DNA from: Blastocladiella emersonii ATCC 22665
Lineage: Eukaryota; Fungi; Blastocladiomycota
DNA length: 64,000 nucleotides
Reading direction: 5' to 3'
Assembly (NCBI GenBank): GCA_025594325.1
Contig: JANHCV010000006.1
Location: forward strand, 434,001 to 498,000
Each line of letters starts with the position of its first letter. The first letter of the stretch is position 1. Below the pieces are notes generated by a model. That model made no database searches and was not told where the DNA came from. It saw nothing but the letters and a program-made list of their open reading frames with translations. The translations under genes and the position numbers were made by a program. Shown piece after piece: positions 36,923 through 49,040 of this stretch.

Positions 36923-37141
36923 GCAGGACCGGAACCCGACGGTCGCCGGCCGCCGTCCCGCGTGTCCCGACCCTCCCCGCCCCGTGTTTCTCCCCCTCTC
37001 TACAGCGCGTCTCGCACCTTCCCTACGCTCCTAATGTGCATGTCTCTCTCGTCCTTACCTACCCCACTGAATGAAATGAAGCTCGTTTGTTACTCGACGC
37101 CTCACCGACTTGATGCTGGCCACCGTGACCGAGCCCGGTCG

Positions 37142-37185
37142 CGACGCGTCAACCGGCGGCCAACGACGCGTCAACCGGCGGCCAA
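37142..37185. repeat. 22-bp direct tandem duplication
   Basis: CGACGCGTCAACCGGCGGCCAA occurs twice in tandem. Confidence 0.9.
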
Positions 37186-37874
37186 CGACTGTCGGGTTCC
37201 GGTCCTGCACAGCGGAAATGAGGCGCATCCACAATCAACGATGTCTCCGTCACGCTCCAACTGAACTCGACCCAGAGTCCCGACCCGAATCCGATCGGGT
37301 GCGGTCACCATGACTTCGCGACAACCCCACGCTGGCACCTCGACACGACGTGCCAGCTTGGCCGGACCACAAGGGCGTCTCGACCTTCGTTCCGACCATG
37401 ATTTTCGGGCTCATTGCGCTTCGCTATCACGCGAGCCTGTTTGGAACCGAGGATTGCTCTCACGCGGCGACGGCGATGCAGGCGCGATACACTCGAAAAC
37501 GACCATGTCGATACTGGAAGCACCCTGTAGTATACCCACTTGACTCTGAGAGCCGTCTGCGACGAGCAAGGCCCTGCAACGGCAGGGCAGCACGGTGGAC
37601 GCGTCGATTTATCACGTTCGCGTCACGTGGGCCGCGACGCGACCTTTCTTTGCGAGAGCCGCCGACCCTCGCATCAAACGACGAGTACAAGGAACCGGGT
37701 GATACTATATACATGATGTTGTCTCACGACCACTTACGGGTCGTCCACGCGCGAGGCCGCGCGACGCATCGCGACCACCGCGCTCGCCACCGTGATGTCC
37801 TGCTCGATCCACGCGCTGAACCTACACCGCGCTGTGAACTATTCGACTAGAGCTACAGCCCAGCCTCGCGTACC

Positions 37875-38453
37875 TCAATCCGCCGCACACCCTTCATCCG
37901 CCGGCGGCCGGATCGCATTGACGAGCGCCTCGACCTGCGTCGCGGCCGCCTGGATCTGGGCCTGGGTCGTCTCGATGGCCGCATTGAGCGCACTGACCTG
38001 CGCGTGCTGCGCCTGCATGCGGTGCGTGTTCTCCTCGGTCTCTCGCGCCACCTTGCCGACGGCCAGCATCAGCTGCATGAACTGGTCGCGGCTGATGGGC
38101 AGCTCGGACGCGAACCCCGTGGCTTTCGCGCATGCCCACTCCCACGTCGATGCCGGCCGGTCGCGGAGGTGGGTGATGAGGAGGATCGTGGCGGCCGTCG
38201 GCGCGGCGAGGAGAAGCAGGTAGAAGAGAAGGGTGAGCGCGAGGTACGCGGCGAGCAGGGCGGCCGGGAACGCGAGGACGGCGGCGAGGAGGCGCGTGGG
38301 GCGTGACGACGCGGCCGTCGGATCGTCGAGCTTCGTGAAGGCGTCGTACGGGTCGACAGGTGGAACTTGAGCGGGACCCGCGGCGGTGGCGCCCGTGGGC
38401 GGCGCGACAACGACCATCACCACGCTTCCCGACGGCACGGACTGGTTGGACAT
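37875..38453 (-). CDS. Small hypothetical membrane protein with hydrophobic hairpin and C-terminal coiled coil
   Basis: ATG with CCACC context at 38453; long hydrophobic stretch LLAAVLAFPAALLAAYLALTLLFYLLLLAAPTAATILLI; Q/A-rich heptads; host-like codon use. Confidence 0.6.
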   Translation of the reverse strand: MSNQSVPSGSVVMVVVAPPTGATAAGPAQVPPVDPYDAFTKLDDPTAASSRPTRLLAAVLAFPAALLAAYLALTLLFYLLLLAAPTAATILLITHLRDRPASTWEWACAKATGFASELPISRDQFMQLMLAVGKVARETEENTHRMQAQHAQVSALNAAIETTQAQIQAAATQVEALVNAIRPPADEGCAAD

Positions 38454-38659
38454 GGTGGCGGGATGCGGTTGCGGCAAGACTTGATGCGTATCAGCTTTAC
38501 ATGGGCGAGGGGGTCGACAATGTCGAGAGAAGCTGGAGCTGAGAGCTGAGCTGCGCCAAGTCCAAGCGACCGACGCGTTGGTCATAGCGTCGTCGCGGGC
38601 TCTGCGTCACTTCCACCAAGCATTTGCGAGTAGAGATAGTATATTTACGAGAGCTAATC

Positions 38660-40053
38660 TTATGCCGCGGCCGAGCCGTCGTCGAGGTACGCGAACGTGA
38701 GAACGGCAAAGACGAGGAACACGAGGCCGCCGACGTATGTGACGGTGCGCACCGAGATGCGCGTCGCGAGCATCTTGCCGCCGAGCACCGCGATGCCCGT
38801 GCACAGCGAGTGGCCGACCACGGTCCCGAGAATGACGCTGCCCACGTTCTACAGTCGGTTTGAGCGAGTGTGAGTCGCGTCGTCCTGCGCTCAAGGCAAG
38901 TGAGGAAACGTACACCGGCGGCCGCCATGGCGATCGTCGCGATCTGCGACCGGTCGCCCCACTCGGCGAGGAACGTGAGGATGAAGGTTTCGACGAAGAT
39001 GGGCGACAGAATGTACTCGGCGACGCGGGCGAGCGCGCGGCCCATGGTCGCGATCAGGCCCAGCGGCGCGCCGTCGGCGGGCTGGCCAGCAGTCCCACGT
39101 TCGACGCGCTCGTACTCGTGCTTGTCGCGGGCCTTGATCTCGGCCTGGACCTCGGCGAGCTCCTCGTCGGTCGACGCGTCAGCGGGCATAGCACGCGCCT
39201 CGCGGACCATGCGCACGCCGAACACGAGGAACAGCGCGCCGGCGAGCGCCTGGGTGTAGGTGCGCGACAGGAGCGCCGGGAGCACGTTGCCGAGCAGCGC
39301 CGACAGGACCGACATGACGGCGAGGGCCGACCACGCGGCCGCGAACACGAGCGCGCGAGGGTGCGTCATGGCCATGATGGCGGCGATCAGGAAGGTCTTG
39401 TCGCCGATCTCGGACACGATGATCATCACCGACGACGTGATGAGCGACCGCCGCTGCTCCTCGACCTCGACGTCGATCTGCGTCGGCGTCGTCGTCCGCG
39501 GGCCGCTCGTCGTCACGGGGATCGCCACGGGCAGCTCGTCGCTCGGCCGCTCGCGGTACGGCGTGTTGGGCACCGACTGCGGGCGCCGGTTCGGCGCCTT
39601 GCCCGCGGGACCCGCCGACGACACGGGGACGGGTGTCACGGGCACCGCCACGGGGATCTCGTACTCGACCGACGCGTCCTTGGCCTTAGCGCGGTCCTTG
39701 CCAACGTCGTCATCGGCCGCACCGTCCGCGTCCGAGTCCACGTCGGCATCTAGCACCGGCATCAGCTGTGGCTGCGCCTCGTCCGAGTCGTCGGTCGACG
39801 GGCCGCCGCCCTCGCTGTGGACGGCGGGCGGCGGGAGCGCCAGCGCGGCGCGGCGGAACAGACCCGTTCGCTACACGATGGGTGTCACTTTGATGGACGG
39901 TTTAAGCCAGTTTGGAGGGTGTAGTACCTCGTGCGTCGCAATAGCACCGGCCACGGCCACGGGGGAGGCTCCTGCCGATGCCACGGCGAGGGCAGCGAGG
40001 AGCGCGAGTACCGCCACCACGGCGCGACGAGTTGAGGATGTTGGTCGAGACAT
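38660..40053 (-). CDS. GDT1: GDT1/TMEM165 (UPF0016) Ca2+/Mn2+:H+ antiporter, multi-exon
   Basis: Two family motifs, SEIGDKT and AEWGDRSQ; N-terminal signal-like exon; two introns. Confidence 0.93.
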
Positions 40054-40542
40054 GTATGGTCGGGTTCTACACGCCGCGCGTCGTGTGCGTTGGTCTCGGG
40101 GGTGTGCGACTCAGCGGGTGGGTCGCCCACTTACGCGAGGAGAAGCTGAGCAATGGTCGGCGAGAGAGAGGGGAGATCTCGCGCTTAGTCGAGGGCGAGT
40201 GCAGCCAGTCGGTGATTGCGATACATGGAAGTTGTTCCTGGCGTCAATTCGACGAGAGAAGGGGCGCGGCGGCGCCAAGTCTGCGTCGGCGGCGAAGTGG
40301 GCGGCGAAGGCGAAGGCGTTCGTGGCTGCTGCCGGGTGGCTGCGAGGCACCACGTGTGCGTGTCTCGCACCGCGCGCGCGCGTCGCTCTGCCTGGTCGCG
40401 TTCGCCGTGCCCCGGTTTCGTTCGCGTCCCCGCCCACTCGCACGGCGACCAGGAAGATGACGAGTCCAAAGTGTTTAGATTCAAGAGATACACTGCTTGC
40501 TTGCTCCCGCGGCGGCGCCCACACCGTGTGTCCGAACGCGGC

Positions 40543-41460
40543 TCACTGGCGCAGCTCCTCGTACGGGTACTCGACGCTCTGCCCCTTGCGGCGCCACAGC
40601 TTGAGCTTGGTGTTGCGGACGACGTGGCGGACCCAGATGTGCTCGCAGTACTTTGCCTTGTGGGCGCGGATGAAGGACGGGTCCCACAGCTCGCTCGCGA
40701 TGCCAATGTCCTTGCAGCACCGCATCAGCGCGTTGGACTTGCACCCCTCCATGGCCGTCGCCAGCTGCTTCTCGTCAAACACCTCCTGCTCGCCGCGCGC
40801 CTGCGAGATGAACCGCCCGTACGCGTACAGCGCGTACTCGCGGCTGATGACGCGACCCGCCATGCTGTGCGGGCCGCGCGGCGCCAGCGCCCAGCCGCCA
40901 GGCTTGAAGGCGCGGTTCAGGATCCGACGGTACTTGATCTCGGGCAGGTACAGCAGACCGTCTACAAGTCGGGGAGGATGAGCGGCTGTGACGCGGCATT
41001 GGTCAAGAAACCGGACAGCGACGACGGACCCGGCTTGATCTCAATGTCGGCCGGGTCGACCTCGGCGAGCAGGATCTCGACCACCGCGTCGGGGAACGCC
41101 TGTGTCGCGATGCCGGCAAACGCGTCCGCCTCCATGTGGAACGTGGACGACTCGGACGCGACCAGCGGCGACACGGTCTGCGACGCGAGCGACGGCATCG
41201 ACTTGACCGTCGACGGCTCCGCCGTGTTGTTGCCGTTGGCTCCCGCGGGCGCCTTCATCGGGCTCTCGAGCGGCGGGCGCGCAAACCGCAGCACCGGAGT
41301 CGTCTAACGAGGCAACACGGCGGTGTCAGCGGGGGGCTGTGTGTGCGAGGGTGGCGATGGGATCCAAGCTTACCGTCAGGGCGCGACGAGCGACGGACAC
41401 TGACGCCGATGACGACAGCGCGCGGAAGGCGCGCGATTGCATGGAGCCGATGAGATTCAT
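40543..41460 (-). CDS. MGM101: Mitochondrial genome maintenance protein Mgm101 (Rad52-type)
   Basis: DIEIKP/DGLLYLPEIKYRRILNRAFKPGGWALAPRG, EGCKSNALMRCCKDIGIASELWDP.FIR; mitochondrial presequence exon. Confidence 0.95.
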
Positions 41461-44400
41461 GGTTGTTGCGTCGGTGGGCAGAAGAAGAGAGCTGGGACCC
41501 GCTGTGTTGATCGCGTTGAGACTCACTCCCTTGCACGCGGCTGCTGCCTCGGGGCCGGCTTCAGGGAACCTTTCTTTGACGAGGGCATCGCTCGCCTCCC
41601 ATCCGTGGCTCTCTCACATCGCGTGCAGCCCGGAAGGCCGTGGGCCTCGCGTGTCCCTGAGAGTGGACCGCGCTGGAGGGCAACGTAGCGCCCCTCACGG
41701 CGGCACGTCCGCCCTCGCACGATCGAGTTGCAACAGGCTCTTGCAGACTACTTGCTGCCAAGACGACTCAGGTGAGTGAGATAAGACGGACTGAGCAAGC
41801 GATGGACGAGACGATGAGGTGGACCCTGAGAGGTGCGTGGCAACGGACCACCTGCGGTCACGCCACGCAGCCGCGCTTCGCGATCGCTGCCGTCACTTAA
41901 ATTTCGTCCAACGTTGCGCCAGCGTCTGATCCATACCCGGCGCTGACGATACAAGTTGTTATCTGACACCTCTTCTTCGAGCACACATTAGGCCGTGTGC
42001 GTTGACGACAGATTGTTCCGAGCCGTGTAATCTCGGTCCCACTTCTGGACCATGTTTTGCTACTTTGGCCTTCTACCCTCTTCTTCTTCAACACCTACTC
42101 CTCTCTGCCGCGGATGACGAAAGCGGTTCCCTTAACGAGAGGCAAGTGGAGTGCGGCGTGCGTGCTCCCGCGCCGTTCAGCATGTGAGAACATCACCGAA
42201 TCCGCATGCTTGCTCTCCCGCTCAACGCCCTCAGACAGCTTGATGAAGCGAATGAATTACCTGCTGCAACATGCTCGGCAGCGCATTATGCGTCCATTTG
42301 ACACGATCGCATTCCGACGTCGGTGTCCTGCGTCCGGGTGGTCGCGGCTTAGGAGGCGGGCTCCGACGGCGCCCCTCTCGATCAGCTTTCGCGGAAAAGT
42401 TCAGCTTGCACATGCTCTCGCGATTGCTTCGCTTCTTGCGTCCGACTTGCGCTTGAGAAGCGTGAGCAGCGCGCACTCGTCCCGCACTTGGAGTGCTTGA
42501 GGCTGGGATGCAGTACATGTGGTCGCGCAGCTTGACTTGGTTGGGTCCACCGGTATACTTACGGCCTCGGCCTCGGCCACGGCCTCGTCCGCGCTCACCC
42601 CACCCTGCGTCAACACCACCGCGGGACTGGCGAGACCCAAGTCTCAGCGGGTCGTGGACGTCGTCTTCCCGTCTCGAATTGTGTGATCGTGATCGTGAGG
42701 CCGCCGTATCACTTCCGCTCCAAACATACTCGCACCAGTTTTGCTTCACAGGCAAGTGTCCCGTCGAGTGGGAGGCCCGACGCACGCGCGTGAGACACGC
42801 TGCGAGACGCGACGCAAAATAGCGTGACGCGCGCGTGCGCCTTGATCCGAAACACGACGCGAGCTGGGACCTCGAGCTCTCGCTGCCTTCAACTCTGCAT
42901 CTCATGTATCCACCGCATGTAAAACTACCAGCAATGTAACTCAGGGCTTGCCGCCGTGATGTGGGCTTTCAAGTCGAAGGCGTTCTTCAGCAGCCACCTC
43001 GCCTCGACCCGACAGGGCTCAGGGAACCTTAGCCACGTGGTCGCGTTCACATGCTCTTCCCCACCAGCACATAATTTGAACCTACCGCGTGCTTTATTGC
43101 TATCAGTTTATCAAAGAAGAGTTGTACGTCACACGTGGTCGTCGAGTAGCAGGCGGCTCGCTTGTGGTCCAGGTCGCCGTCAATGGCGAGGCGGCGCGCA
43201 CTAGCACGGCGCGACACGGTTCGAAAACTGCTCCGATCCTGCAGACCGTGTTGCCGTAAACACCGAGGTCGCCGGGCTCGCGGTCCAAGTCTTCTTCACC
43301 CACTTGTGTCGCGCCGGGCCCGCTTACCTGTGCGTGCCGCGGCTCAAGGACATGATCGCTACCTCGGCGGTGACCCACGGGACGTACTTCCCGCGTTCCC
43401 GGCTTACCTCGCGATCGCGTCGCCAAACTGTCCTGCATCATGACGGTCCCGACGTTGCATCACGCCCGCTTCGCTGTCAAGCGAGCGCGCTTTGTCGTTT
43501 CTGAACGTAGCCGCGCCGAGAGCGTTCTTGGTCTGTTCGTGGCGGCGACGCTGATGATGCGACGCTCTTGCTCCTCTCTTCGATTATTCTTTTGGAAGGG
43601 GCTCGTTGCACACTTACACGCGGTTCACGGGGGTCCTGCTGGGCCTGGTGCTGGCCGAGCTTGGGTCGCTCGCACGGACGTGCCTCGCTCACCTGCTCGA
43701 GCTCGAGTCCGACAACCGCAAAGAAGACATGCCGCTGATCCACCGTGCCGCGCGATACATTTAAGACGGTGCCACGTGGCAGTACTCGCGCGTGCTCGGC
43801 GTCCCGCGGGAGCTCTTTGCGGCCTGCTGTTCTGATCCCAGGACGGCGAAGCTTGCGCTCCTCTCACTCTTCGCCGCGCCTCGACTCACTCGCAGCCCCG
43901 GCGCGCGGCCCGTCCCGAAACTGTAAACACAACCAGCAAGTTTCCCGCGATCGCTGCGACCCAGAATCGCGTCGTCGACTGCGCCGTCACGGTGGCCCAC
44001 GCCCCGCTCGCACGCGCAGGACAAGATCAACGCAGGTCGCACTCGCGAGGCTCACTACTTTATGCAAGTTCACTCTCGTCAAGCTCGCGTCGACCGGCTA
44101 AAGGAGCTGTTCAACCCGGTCCGCGCGGTCCTGCTGCGACGAGGATGAAGCGCGTTGACAGTCCCTTCTCGCTCTGTTCCAGGCAGCTGTACGCGGACGC
44201 CGCCACGCTTGACCGATATTTGGTAATCGTAGAGAAAATTTTCTTTCTGCTGATTGGTGAACACCCTAGATTGATATTGCTGCTCGGTCGCGAGGCGGCT
44301 AATGACGCGTTGCGCCACTTCACACGTCGGAGTGCTTCTGCCCTTCGCTCAAGTGCTACGCCCGCCATCATTTCGTGCCCATCGGTTAGTTTAAACTGCC

Positions 44401-45843
44401 TCAATGGCGCGGAGAAGTGAAGAAATGACACACGTTCATGCTGACGTTGGCGATGACCGTGAGAACTTTGCTCGGGTCAGTGGCATTTGCTATCGGGGCC
44501 CGAGTGGAGCGGACAATACAGGGTTACCATGGGTGCGGGTCCGTGGATACTGAGGGAGTTTCGGGAGCTCAGTTCGAATCCTTCTCGTTCGAGGTTGAAT
44601 CTCAGATCAGCCATGAGTCAACCCTTAGCCGACCTTCTCTTCGAACCGTCCACTACCATCCACGCCCCATTCCCTAATCCTTTCCTTTTGCTTAATGATT
44701 GGATTTTTGATAAATAAATCGGCACAAAGATGCACAAAGGCAGGCCGCGGCACGCTCGTTTCGTGTTGGCCGCGGGAGACGCGACGCACGGGAGACAAGT
44801 CGCGATGAACTGCGACTCTATCAGGCGCGGCGGGCGAGAGAGATTTCACGATTCAGTCCAGGATGCTGGCAGCCAAAGAATTGTCTCCTCGCGTATTCCA
44901 CTCGCCTGGAATCAGGGGCCGTTAAAGCAACGTGATCATGAACGCGATCATGATAACGCGGGAGACGCACGTGCCACTGATCAGGTCGCACGAGGATTTC
45001 AGTCCTTGGCTCTGTCCTGGCAAAGACTCAGGAGCGTTTTGTCGTACAAAATAGCTGTGGTATCGGGGATGACGCGCCGGTAACTAAATGACCGGCGATC
45101 ATGGTGCGAGTGAGACAAGGTGCGAGACACGACGCGAAAACGCGTGACGCGTTCATGCGCCTTGATCTGAAATGCGACGCGCGGTGCCGCTCCCGCTTTC
45201 GCCCACTCCGTCGCCCGTCTTCGCACGCTCTCTCATCGTCAGCGTCGCACCTCATGTATTAATCGCTAGTTACTAGCCGCAACGTAGCATGTTACCGACC
45301 GTCGTGAGCTTGTTCGCTTGAGGAGCCCTCGTCCGCCGGAAGTTGCTTGTCATGATCGGCCTCGAGTCTATCCTCGCCGTCGGCCTACTCGAGTCGTCTG
45401 CTGTTTCTTATGCTAGATTTTGAGATGCATTTCCTCTGGTCCACTCGTTTGCTCGCTCGCGATTGATCGCGCGACTTGGGCGTGCTCCAATTCAAATAAT
45501 GTCGTGTAGCTGTTTGGGGATTGCTCGCCCGCTTCGTCGCCATGTCCGTGCGTGGGGTCGAGATTCACATATAGCCTGTCCGTTCCCTCTTGATGGTATC
45601 TCGTAAGCCATTCAGTCGCACAAGGCCGCTACGCACGCGTGAAGCGCCCTCGTTCAAAACCACCTCTTCCGTCGAGTCAATCAACCTTGCGACCAAAATC
45701 AAAGGCGTCGGTTGACATGGCGGCGGAGCACCAGAAGCCTCAGGTCGGGATAGCGAGCCCCCTTGCTGTCATGTCGGCCTTGCTCAATAACGATTCGCGA
45801 AAGTACAATAAACTAGGATCTTACATTAAAACGAGCACGAGCA

Positions 45844-46482
45844 CTACACCTTGGCGAGCACACGGCGGTCGAGGACGGCGTAGCGCAGGATGAAGACGAG
45901 GATGCCGCCGACCAACATGGTGAGGCCGGCGAAGGCGATCGCGGGCGCAAACTGCGCGCTCGGCAGGGCGCCACCCTTGGACGCGCTGATCAGCGCCGTG
46001 GCCACGGGCGTGCCGAGCGCGTACCCCAGAATGTTGCTCGTCGAGATGAGGCCCATGGTCGAGGCCAGCGTGGCGACACCAAACAGCTGCGCGACGCAGC
46101 TCGGCGTGATGCTGAGGTAGCCGCCGCTCATGAACCCGTACAGGCCCGCGAACACGACAAGCCACGCCTGCGAGTCGCCGCCAAACAGCCACGTGGTGAG
46201 GATCGACACGCCCGACCCGACGAGCGAGAGCCCGAGGGATGTGACGTTGCCCAGTCGGTCCGCGAGGTAGCCCATGGACACGCGGCCGACGATCGAGGTC
46301 GCGTTGAAGACGGTGAGCAGCGCGCTGCCAAGCGCGGCCGAGTGCGGCGTGGCCTGCGCGACGTAGGTCGGGAGCAGGAACGGCGGGACGAGGAACCCGA
46401 ACGTGTTGAAGGCGAGGCCAAAGTAGAGGAGCAGGAACCGAGGCTCGCGGAACAGCGCGAGGTTGAGTTTCGGCATCGAATG

Positions 46483-46516
<34 letters not shown>

Positions 46517-47283
46517 GGTTGCTGCGCACCGGCGGGGGTTCTGGTCACTTTCGTGGTCACACTACTAGTGATGCGAGGCCGAGCGAGCACGGCGCCAAGC
46601 GCGAACAGCACAAAGTTGATGGCCGCGAGGACCCGCAGCGTCCACGCGAAGCCGATTGACGGCATGATGGCCTGGATCATGTTGACGTAGATGAGGCCGC
46701 CAACGCCCGACCCAGCGACCGCGATCCCCACGGCCGTCGAGCGGCGCTCAACCCACCACTGCGCAATGAGCGCGAGCCCCGTGTTGATGCCGAGCGAGCC
46801 GGCCGCGCCGTACAGCAGGCCCTGCGTCAACATCAGGTGCCACACCTCGGTCGCGAAGCTCGCGAGGACGAGCGACGCACCCGCGATCACGGCGCCGAGG
46901 GCCAGCGCGTTGCGGAACCCCCACGACTCGGCGAGGCGGCCCGTGAAGGGTCCCGCGGCGGCGAGCGCCATGGGCATGAAGGCGCCGATCAGCGAGATGG
47001 ACGAGAGCGAGGCCGAGGGGAAGTCGACCGTCTTGTACTGCGCGGTGAAGAGGCCAAAACTGTTGAGGTTTGAGAAGACGGCAAAGTAGGTGAGGAAGCT
47101 CACGGCAACCTGGCACCACGCCGCGAAGCCGCCGTCGAGGCGGTCGGCCGTCAATGCTGCTGCGTCGTTGATGTTGTTGCCGGCTTCGAGAGATGATGAG
47201 GGGGCGTCGAGATCTAGGACCGAGTCGGGTTTTCTGGGTGGTTCAGCGGCGGCGGCGGCGGCGGCGTTGTAAGTCACGGTCAT
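45844..47283 (-). CDS. MFS transporter, monocarboxylate (MCT/Mch-like) family, copy 1
   Basis: About 12 hydrophobic segments; DGGFAAWCQV..SF, GRLAESWG, QGLLYG, QWWVERRSTAVGIAVAGSGVGG, GRVSMGYLADRLG; poly-Q central loop; intronless. Confidence 0.92.
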
Positions 47284-48202
47284 GGTCCTTGATGGTGATG
47301 ATGATGATGATGATGATGATGCAGGGTGTTGCGGGCGGGGCGGGGGAGAGCGAGCATCAGAGCAAGGAACAGCCGCGGGTTTTGTTCATTCCAGCAAGCG
47401 GGCGCGCCATCCACATGTGTTTGCTGCTCAGCGGCCAGGCGTCAAAGTGTTGCATGGAGTGTGCGTGTTGTAGGAAGAGCAAACGAGCGTCAGCGCGGAG
47501 CGTAGAGGTCGGATACGCGGGGCCAACTCGGCGGATCCCTGTCGCGGCCCGTGTAGCCGCTGCGCCACCCTGTGTTCGCTCGCGTTGAATCTCCCGCGCG
47601 GGCAGCAAAGAGCCGCAGGTGGGGCAACCGATGCAGCGAGATCCGTCGGCTTCTCGTGTGCGTGGGGCGTGGCAGTCGGTGCGCAAACAACAGGGCGGGT
47701 CCGGGTCGGTGATGCGCCGCTGATCCGCGCCGCTCGCTCGCGAGCAGGCCGAATCCCTGCAGCAGGATCACGTGCGAGGTGGCGCAGCCGCGCGAGACGC
47801 GAGACGTCCCTGCGTCCGTCCGGGTGCGGGACGCACCAGTTGGCCGCATCACCGCACCACAAGGCCCACGGAAACGTGCGCCAGAGCTCGCGGCCCACCG
47901 CGTGGGAACAGCGTTGCCCCACGCGACCCAAGCGTGTGCTTGGGCAACGCGACGCGGTGCGCCCGAGTCGCGCCGTGTCCCCCGTTCCACAGCCGAGTGA
48001 AGCGGACCGCAGAGGCGATGCAGCGGCCCGCTGCCGAATCCACTGGGCGACAGCGGTACGGGCGGAAGCGGCGCACCGCGCGCCGGTGCGGTCCGTCGCG
48101 CGAGCAGCAGCGGGGGAGCGGCGTGCGGTCAAGGCCCGGGTGATCCGAAACGCGCTAATTTTGGCGACGCGTCGCTCACGTCGCCGTGCCGTTCGCCGCC
48201 GG

Positions 48203-48208
48203 TATAAA
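48203..48208 (+). promoter_or_regulatory. TATA box of the QS-repeat gene (mirror copy at 53885-53890 on the minus strand)
   Basis: TATAAA in otherwise GC-rich DNA, 118 nt upstream of the ATG at 48321, followed by a C/A-rich leader. Confidence 0.6.
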
Positions 48209-48320
48209 GACTCGCACGCCCCCGCCGTCCTCTCAAGTTTGCTCGACACCAGCAATCGCAACGAAGCACATCGCATCGCACACCTGCTCAACCACCACCA
48301 ACCAACCAACCACCTTCAAG

Positions 48321-49040
48321 ATGACCCACTGCGCCCCGATCCACGTCCCCGCCGTCCAGACCCAGTCGCAGTCGCAGTCGCAGGCCCAGTGGGGCGGCAA
48401 CGGCGCCCAGTCGCAGTCGCAGTCGCAGTCGCAGGCCCAGTGGGGCGGCAACGGCGCCCAGTCGCAATCGCAGTCGCAGTCGCAGTCGCAGTGGGGCAAC
48501 CACGGCGATGCCGCGCAGCAGCAGTCGCAGTCGCAGTTCCAGTGGTCGGGCAACGGCCACCACTCGGTCGACCAGGCCCAGTCGCAGTCGCAGTGGAGCA
48601 ACGGCCACGGTGACGCCGCCCAGTCGCAGTCGCAGTCGCAGTTCCAGGGCAACTGGGGCAACCACGGCGACGCCGCGCAGCAGCAGTCGCAGTCGCAGTT
48701 CCAGGGCAACTGGGGCAACCACCACTCGGTTGACCAGGCCCAGTCGCAGTCGCAGACCCAGTGGGGCACCGGCCACGGCGCTCAGTCCCAGTCGCAGTCC
48801 CAGTCGCAGTCGCAGTGGTCCAACGGCCACGGCGACGCCTTCCAGTCGCAGTCGCAGTCGCAGTCGCAGTTCCAGGGCCACCACTCGGCCGACGGCTTTG
48901 TCGGCGGCAACCCGGCCACCTGGGGTCCCTCGGGCGACTGCGGCAACGGCGGCGACTTCCACATTCTCCCGATCAACAACCACGGCGACTGCGGCAGCGA
49001 CGTCGTGACCATCCTGCCCATCAACCACGGCTGCTGCTAA
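48321..49040 (+). CDS. 239-aa Gln/Ser alternating-repeat protein, copy 1 (function unknown)
   Basis: ATG in TTCAAGATG context downstream of a TATA box; ten (QS)n-W/G strand-plus-Gly/Asn/His turn units; Cys-containing C-terminus ending GCC*. Confidence 0.8.
   Translation: MTHCAPIHVPAVQTQSQSQSQAQWGGNGAQSQSQSQSQAQWGGNGAQSQSQSQSQSQWGNHGDAAQQQSQSQFQWSGNGHHSVDQAQSQSQWSNGHGDAAQSQSQSQFQGNWGNHGDAAQQQSQSQFQGNWGNHHSVDQAQSQSQTQWGTGHGAQSQSQSQSQSQWSNGHGDAFQSQSQSQSQFQGHHSADGFVGGNPATWGPSGDCGNGGDFHILPINNHGDCGSDVVTILPINHGCC

Noticed and set aside
47291-47320. (GAT)n microsatellite just upstream of the MFS start and poly-CAG in its loop
   Set aside because: Ordinary simple repeats; poly-Q and poly-A tracts are common in genes throughout this window.
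48350-48880. Regular repeats that might be taken for a CRISPR array or satellite
   Set aside because: They are in-frame coding repeats of variable length with no constant repeat plus unique spacer pattern.
48233-49028. Antisense (CD)n Cys/Trp-rich and (LR)n ORFs, superficially metallothionein-like
   Set aside because: Alternative readings of the CAGTCG hexamer repeat; the TATA box, start context and unique C-terminus support the QS frame.
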